Shown piece by piece: positions 38,955 through 47,006 of a DNA stretch of 47,006 nucleotides. A program made the position numbers and the translations under genes. This DNA is from a virus (Duplodnaviria; Heunggongvirae; Uroviricota; Caudoviricetes). Each line of letters starts with the position of its first letter. Within the stretch, counting starts at the first letter, position 1. The notes beneath the pieces are model-generated. The model saw only the letters and a program-made list of their open reading frames with translations. It ran no database searches and was not told where the DNA came from. Location of the stretch: IMG/VR virus record IMGVR_UViG_2925903241_000004; one strand, given 5' to 3'.

Positions 38955-38978
38955 GGCGCCAGAAATGGCGCCTTTTTT
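38955..38978 (+). terminator. Intrinsic terminator after J
   Basis: GGCGCC-AGAAAT-GGCGCC hairpin followed by TTTTTT. Confidence 0.6.
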
Positions 38979-39002
38979 ATTGCAGAAAAGCGAGAGGTAA
39001 TT

Positions 39003-39602
39003 ATGCGTAAAGTTTATGCAGCTATTTTGTCCGCAGCCATCTGTCTGGCCGTATCAGGTACGCCTGCATGGGCGTCTGAACACCAGTCCACACTGAGCGC
39101 AGGGTATCTTCATGCCCGTACGAACGTCCCCGGCAGCGATAATCTGAACGGGATTAACGTGAAATACCGTTATGAATTTACGGACACGCTGGGGCTGGTG
39201 ACGTCATTCAGTTATGCCAATGCCAAAGATGAGCAAAAAACGCATTACAGCGATACCCGCTGGCATGAAGATTCCGTGCGTAACCGCTGGTTCAGCGTGA
39301 TGGCGGGGCCGTCTGTGCGCGTGAATGAATGGTTCAGCGCGTATGCGATGGCGGGTATGGCTTACAGCCGTGTGTCGACTTTCTCCGGGGATTATCTCCG
39401 CGTAACTGACAACAAGGGGAAAACGCACGACGTGCTGACCGGAAGTGATGACGGTCGCCACAGCAACACGTCTCTGGCGTGGGGGGCTGGCGTGCAGTTT
39501 AACCCGACCGAATCCGTGGCCGTTGATGTCGCTTATGAAGGTTCCGGCAGTGGCGACTGGCGCACTGACGGTTTCATCGTGGGTGTCGGTTATAAATTCT
39601 GA
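39003..39602 (+). CDS. lom: Lom outer-membrane protein (Ail/Lom family)
   Basis: 199-aa ORF with signal peptide and beta-barrel-like alternating pattern; close match to lambda Lom; C-terminal F. Confidence 0.9.
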   Translation: MRKVYAAILSAAICLAVSGTPAWASEHQSTLSAGYLHARTNVPGSDNLNGINVKYRYEFTDTLGLVTSFSYANAKDEQKTHYSDTRWHEDSVRNRWFSVMAGPSVRVNEWFSAYAMAGMAYSRVSTFSGDYLRVTDNKGKTHDVLTGSDDGRHSNTSLAWGAGVQFNPTESVAVDVAYEGSGSGDWRTDGFIVGVGYKF

Positions 39603-39628
39603 TTAGCCAGGTAACACAGTGTTATGAC

Positions 39629-39655
39629 AGCCCGCCGGTTCAGGCGGGCTTTTTT
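39629..39655 (+). terminator. Intrinsic terminator after lom
   Basis: AGCCCGCC-GGTTCA-GGCGGGCT hairpin followed by TTTTT. Confidence 0.6.
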
Positions 39656-39666
39656 GTGGGGTGAAT

Positions 39667-42600
39667 ATGGCAGTAAAGATTTCAGGTGTACTGAAAGACG
39701 GCACAGGAAAACCGGTACAGAACTGCACAATCCAGCTGAAAGCAAAACGTAACAGTACCACGGTGGTGGTGAACACGCTGGCCTCAGAAAATCCGGATGA
39801 AGCCGGGCGTTACAGCATGGACGTTGAGTACGGTCAGTACAGCGTTATTCTGTTGGTGGAAGGATTCCCGCCGTCACATGCCGGGACCATCACCGTGTAT
39901 GAAGATTCCCGACCCGGTACGCTGAATGATTTTCTCGGTGCCATGACGGAGGATGATGCCCGTCCTGAGGCACTGCGCCGTTTTGAACTGATGGTGGAAG
40001 AGGTGGCGCGTAACGCGTCCGCGGTGGCACAGAACACGGCAGCCGCGAAGAAGTCAGCCAGCGATGCCAGCACATCAGCCCGTGAGGCGGCAACCCGTGC
40101 GACTGATGCTGCAGGCTCAGCACGTGCAGCCAGCACGTCAGCCGGACAGGCCGCGTCGTCGGCTCAGTCAGCGTCTTCCAGCGCAGGAACGGCATCAACA
40201 AAGGCCACTGAAGCATCAAAAAGTGCTGCCGCCGCAGAGTCTTCAAAAAGCGCGGCAGCCACCAGTGCCGGTGCAGCGAAAACGTCGGAAATGAATGCCG
40301 CAGCATCACAAAAATCTGCGGCCACATCTGCATCCACCGCGACCACGAAAGCGTCAGAAGCTGCCACCTCAGCCCGGGATGCGTCGGCTTCAAAAGTGGC
40401 GGCAAAATCATCAGAAACGAGCGCTGCCTCGAGCGCCGGCAGTGCAGCTTCCTCGGCAACGGCAGCAGGAAATTCCGCGAAGGCCGCAAAAACGTCTGAG
40501 ACGAATGCGGATAACAGCGCACAGGCGGCAGCAGACTCACAAACTGCATCGGCAAACTCCGCGACAGCAGCCAAAAAATCAGAAACCAACGCGAAAAATA
40601 GTGAGGCAGCAGCAAAGGTCAGCGAAACCAACGCTAAAGCGTCAGAGAACAAGGCGAAAGAATATCTCGACAAGGTCGGGGGACTCGTCAGCCCGATGAC
40701 GCAATACGATTGGCCCGTTGTTACTGGTAATGAGTCTTTTTACATAAAGATCGCGAAACTTTCCGATCCCGGAAGCGGCAATTGCCATGTAACGCTAATG
40801 GTTACTAATGCCGGTAACTACGGCTCCCCTTACGGAAACATTGACTTTATCGAGATCTCGGCGCGCGGTCTGCCTTCTTTGCTTAGTGCGGATAATGTTT
40901 CTCGTCATCTGAGTATACGCCGCTTAGGGTCAATCGGGCTGACCGATAACAACCAGATGCGTTACGGCCTGGTTAAAGGTGACGGCTTTATTGAGGTTTG
41001 GGCCTTCCAGCGCGCATTTATCAACGGCGCAAAGGTTGCGGTGCTGGCGCAGACGGCACGCCCGGAATTATACATTCCAGACGGATTTGTTAAGCAAACC
41101 GCCGCGCCTTCTGGATATGTTGAAAGCCCCGTTGTAAGGATTTACGACCAGTTAAACAAGCCGACTAAAGCAGATTTGGGTCTTTCTAATGCTATGCTTA
41201 CAGGCGCTTTCGGTCTTGGCGGTAGCGGGATATCAACAAACGGCAAGATGAGCGATGTAGAGATCTTAAAAGCTCTGCGTGACAAAGGTGGTCATTTCTG
41301 GCGCGGTGATAAGCCGACCGGAAGCACGGCGACCATTTATAGCCACGGTTCTGGTATATTCTCGCGGTGCGGCGATACGTGGTCAGCGATCAATATCGAC
41401 TACTCAACCGCGAAGATTAAGATCTATGCCGGCAACGATGCCCGGCTTAACAACGGGACTTTTAGCATCAATGAGCTATACGGCTCGGCAAACAAGCCGT
41501 CGAAATCGGATGTTGGACTTGGCAACGTAACTAACGATGCGCAGGTGAAAAAATCCGGCGATGTTATGTCTGGTGATCTTGATATATTGAAAGAAACGCC
41601 ATCTATCAGGCTAAAATCAGCAAAAGGAACCGCTCATCTGTGGTTCATGAACAACGACGGAAGCGAGCGCGGCGTTGTTTGGTCGCCTGAAAACAACGAA
41701 TCACTTGGCGAAATCCACATCAGGGCGAAAAACACAAAAGGTGAATCAAGTGGTGATTTTATTGTTCGCCACGACGGGAGGGTTGAGGCCCGCAATCTAA
41801 AAATAACTTACAAAATCAGCGCAGCCACCGCAGAATTTGCAAACACAAGCACCAGTTCCGATAACACTACGGTAAGCATCAAAGGATCTCAGCATACGCC
41901 TTTGGTTTTAACGAGCAACAACACAATTAAAAACTTGTCCATTGGGTTTAAGGTTGATGATGTTGATCAAAAATACCTGGGTATAGCTGGTGACGGTGAT
42001 TTGTATTTTGGTAGTTATTCTGACCACACAAAAAACAGCAAAGTAATCACACAAGCAAAACTCGATAGCGGGGTGACGGTAGGCGGTAAAACAACCTTTT
42101 CTGACTTTGCCACATTTAACGCAGGTATGGCGGGATCTATCGAGCCGGAAACCATTGACAACAAGACTATTGATTTAAACGACTTGATCATTGCTAATAC
42201 AGTGGCTGGATCTGTTAAATACTATCAATGCAAAACTGTTGCAGGTGGTGCATATATTACCAATAAGCCTGACGGCGTAAGCGGTAACTTTTTGCTACGT
42301 GTAGAATCTACTCGTAAAACTACGGGTTCAGATTATGCGATCATGCAAACGCTGATTGGCAGCGACACAAAACGCATATACGTTCGCTTTGTTGTCAATG
42401 GAAACTGGACGGAGTGGAGTCAGGTAGTTGTTTCAGGATGGAATCAGGATGTAACCGTCAGGTCGTTAACCTCGACGACTCCATCAAAATTAGGCGGCGG
42501 GCGTGTTGATGTGCTGGGGAGTACGTCAGATTACAGTAGTATGAATTGTGCTGTGCGCGGTGTTGATAGCACTGGAACCAATTCGGCGTGGTCGGTAGGC

Positions 42601-42990
42601 ACATCAGAAAGCACAGGCAAAATGTTGTTCCTGAAAAACCACAGAAGCAGCGCTCAAGTGCTGTTAAATGGCGATGATGGAGCGGTTCAACTACTAAGTG
42701 GCACTGTTAACGGTGCTACAGCGCAGGCGCTAACCATCAACAAAGATGAGGTTAACTCAACTGCCGATTTAGTAATTAGAAAACAAACAGGGACTGGCAA
42801 TCGTTTTGCTTTACTTAATTCAGGTAATTCAGAACTACCAGTTAGTATCAGGGTGTGGGGTTCCAGTACTCGACAAAACGTTTTTGAGGTTGGAACGTCT
42901 GCTGCGTATCTGTTTTATGCGCAAAAAACAACAGACGGGCAAAACCTTACTGAACCGCCCCGGGTTTCCTGGAGAGTGTTTTATCTGTGA
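39667..42990 (+). pseudogene. stf: Side tail fiber protein, N-terminal portion, interrupted by an IS629-like insertion at 42950/42951
   Basis: N-terminus MAVKISGVLKDGTGKPVQNCTIQLKAKRNSTTVVVNT... matches lambda Stf; long Ala/Ser/Thr-rich low-complexity region; the frame runs 40 nt into the IS terminal repeat before a stop at 42988-42990. Confidence 0.85.
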
Positions 42991-42992
42991 AC

Positions 42993-45735
<2,743 letters not shown>

Positions 45736-46153
45736 CGTAAGTAAAATCAGCCACCCACAGCTGGTCAGGTCGTTCTGCCACGAACTGACGGTTTACGCGG
45801 TCGCCTGCGGCAACGGCTTTCCGGCTGATGGTCGTACGGACCTTTTTACCCCGGAGAACACCGGCAAGTCCCATAACCGCCATGAGACGTGCCACAGTGC
45901 ATCTGGCCACTCTGATACCTTCCCGTAACAACTGACGCCAGACTTTACGCACACCGTATACCTTGTGATTTTCATCGTATACGCGCTGTATCTCTTTCTT
46001 CAGCCAGTCATCGCGCTGCGCACGGGCACTGCGTTTATCCGGATGATGTCGCTGTTGCTGACAGTGGTAATACGTTGACGGGGCAATATGCAGTTCGCTG
46101 CATAGCGGTCCGACCCCGTACTGCTCACGCAGCTTATCCAGCAGTGGCATCAT
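45736..46153 (-). pseudogene. IS3-family transposase OrfB, N-terminal exon (upstream of intron)
   Basis: Encodes ...YGVRKVWRQLLREGIRVARCTVARLM...DQLWVADFTY then runs into intron sequence; overlaps the orfA 3' end as expected for an OrfAB frameshift arrangement. Confidence 0.8.
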
Positions 46154-46475
46154 TTTTTCCAGAGGCGGTCGAACTCCGCCTTCGCAAAATAAGCGGAAGC
46201 CTGGCGAAGGATATCGTTACTGCGGCGCAGTTCACGATTTTCACGTTCCAGCTCTTTCAGACGCTGACGTTCAGCGGTGGTGAGCCCTCCATCACCGCCC
46301 CCGGTATCCCGCTCATGCTGGCGAACCCAGACACGCAGAGTCTCCGGCGTACAGCCAATCTTTGGAGCAATGGAACAAATTGTCGCCCATTGTGAGTCAT
46401 ATTCGCTCTGACTTTCCAGAACCATACGGACTGCCCGTTGACGGACTTCGGGGAAAAACGAGTATTTTTAGTCAT
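46150..46475 (-). pseudogene. IS629-like OrfA, frameshifted near the N-terminus
   Basis: MTKNTRFSP (from ATG 46475) and the rest ([34 protein letters not shown]...) are in different frames; break maps to the G-run 46452-46455; recalled IS629 has one more C here (TTTTCCCCCGAAG). Confidence 0.75.
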
Positions 46476-46532
46476 CCTGTTTACCTCTTTCTCAGGAAGT
46501 TTAGTCTCCAGGATTCCCGGGGCGGTTCATAC

Positions 46533-47006
46533 TGTAAACGGAAGTGTTAACTGCACCACACTGAATCAGTCATCAGACCGCAGACTGAAAGAAAATATCG
46601 AGATTATCGATAACGCGACTGACGCAATCCGCAAAATTAATGGATACACGTACACGCTCAAGGAGAATGGGGCACATTGCGCCGGGTTATAGCCCAGGAA
46701 GTTGAAGAGGCCATCCCGGAGGCCGTTGGTTCATTCATCCATTACGGTGAAGAGTTGCAAGGCCCGACCGTTGACGGCAACGAGCTACGCGAAGAAACGC
46801 GCTATCTTAATGTTGACTACGCCGCCGTGACGGGTTTACTTGTTCAGGTCGCCCGTGAAACAGATGATCGCGTTACCGCGCTGGAAGAGGAAAACACAAC
46901 GCTACGTCAAAATCTGGCAACAGCAGGCACCCGGATCAGCACTCTGGAAAATCAGGTAAGCGAACTGGTTGCACTTGTCCGGCAGTTAACAGGAAGCGAA
47001 CATTAA
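46533..47006 (+). pseudogene. stf: Side tail fiber C-terminal portion with intramolecular chaperone (peptidase S74-like) domain; frameshifted
   Basis: Continues the stf frame across the IS site (...QNLT/VNGSVNCTTLNQSSDRRLKENIEIIDNATDAIRKINGYTYTLKENG...), then shifts frame at the G-run 46684-46686 into ...RRVIAQEVEEAIPEAV...; stop coincides with the window end. Confidence 0.75.

Noticed and set aside
39834-40699. Several overlapping ORFs (39834-40136 -, 39890-40615 -, 40164-40673 -, 40295-40699 +) in the side tail fiber
   Set aside because: They fall in the Ala/Ser-rich low-complexity coding repeat of stf, where all frames stay open; the periodic GCn repeats are coding, not a CRISPR array or tandem non-coding repeat.

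Overview
This window is a near-complete lambdoid prophage of Escherichia coli type (read by eye from the sequence and ORF track; no database search was possible, so all family names rest on recalled similarity). Left to right: integrase and excisionase (minus strand); an early region resembling the Qin-prophage dicB operon (large DnaQ-like exonuclease, YdfD-like, DicB, DicF sRNA, YdfC-like); a CI-like repressor with divergent Cro-like and YdaT/CII-like genes; an O-like replication gene with internal iterons; small unknown early genes; an IS21-family insertion (istA/istB) with a 9-bp target duplication; an AT-rich moron and a hok-type toxin; DUF968, RusA and a Q-like antiterminator; pR'/tR', a tRNA (anticodon CAT) and a degenerate tRNA-Arg-like remnant; duplicated ~200-bp units and an AT-rich minus-strand moron; a pinholin/SAR-endolysin/Rz/Rz1 lysis cassette with one extra gene; bor; HNH endonuclease, terminase, HK97-like portal, protease and capsid; lambda-like tail genes with a G/GT slippery site; lom; and a side tail fiber split by an IS629-like IS3 element that itself carries a group II intron in orfB. 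Three reading frames (prohead protease, IS629 orfA, tail-fiber C-terminus) are broken by what look like single-base losses in G/C runs, which could be real decay or sequencing error. No CRISPR array, Shiga toxin genes or recognisable multi-gene defence system were found; the most open questions are the unannotated cargo between Q and the lysis genes and the small early-region proteins.
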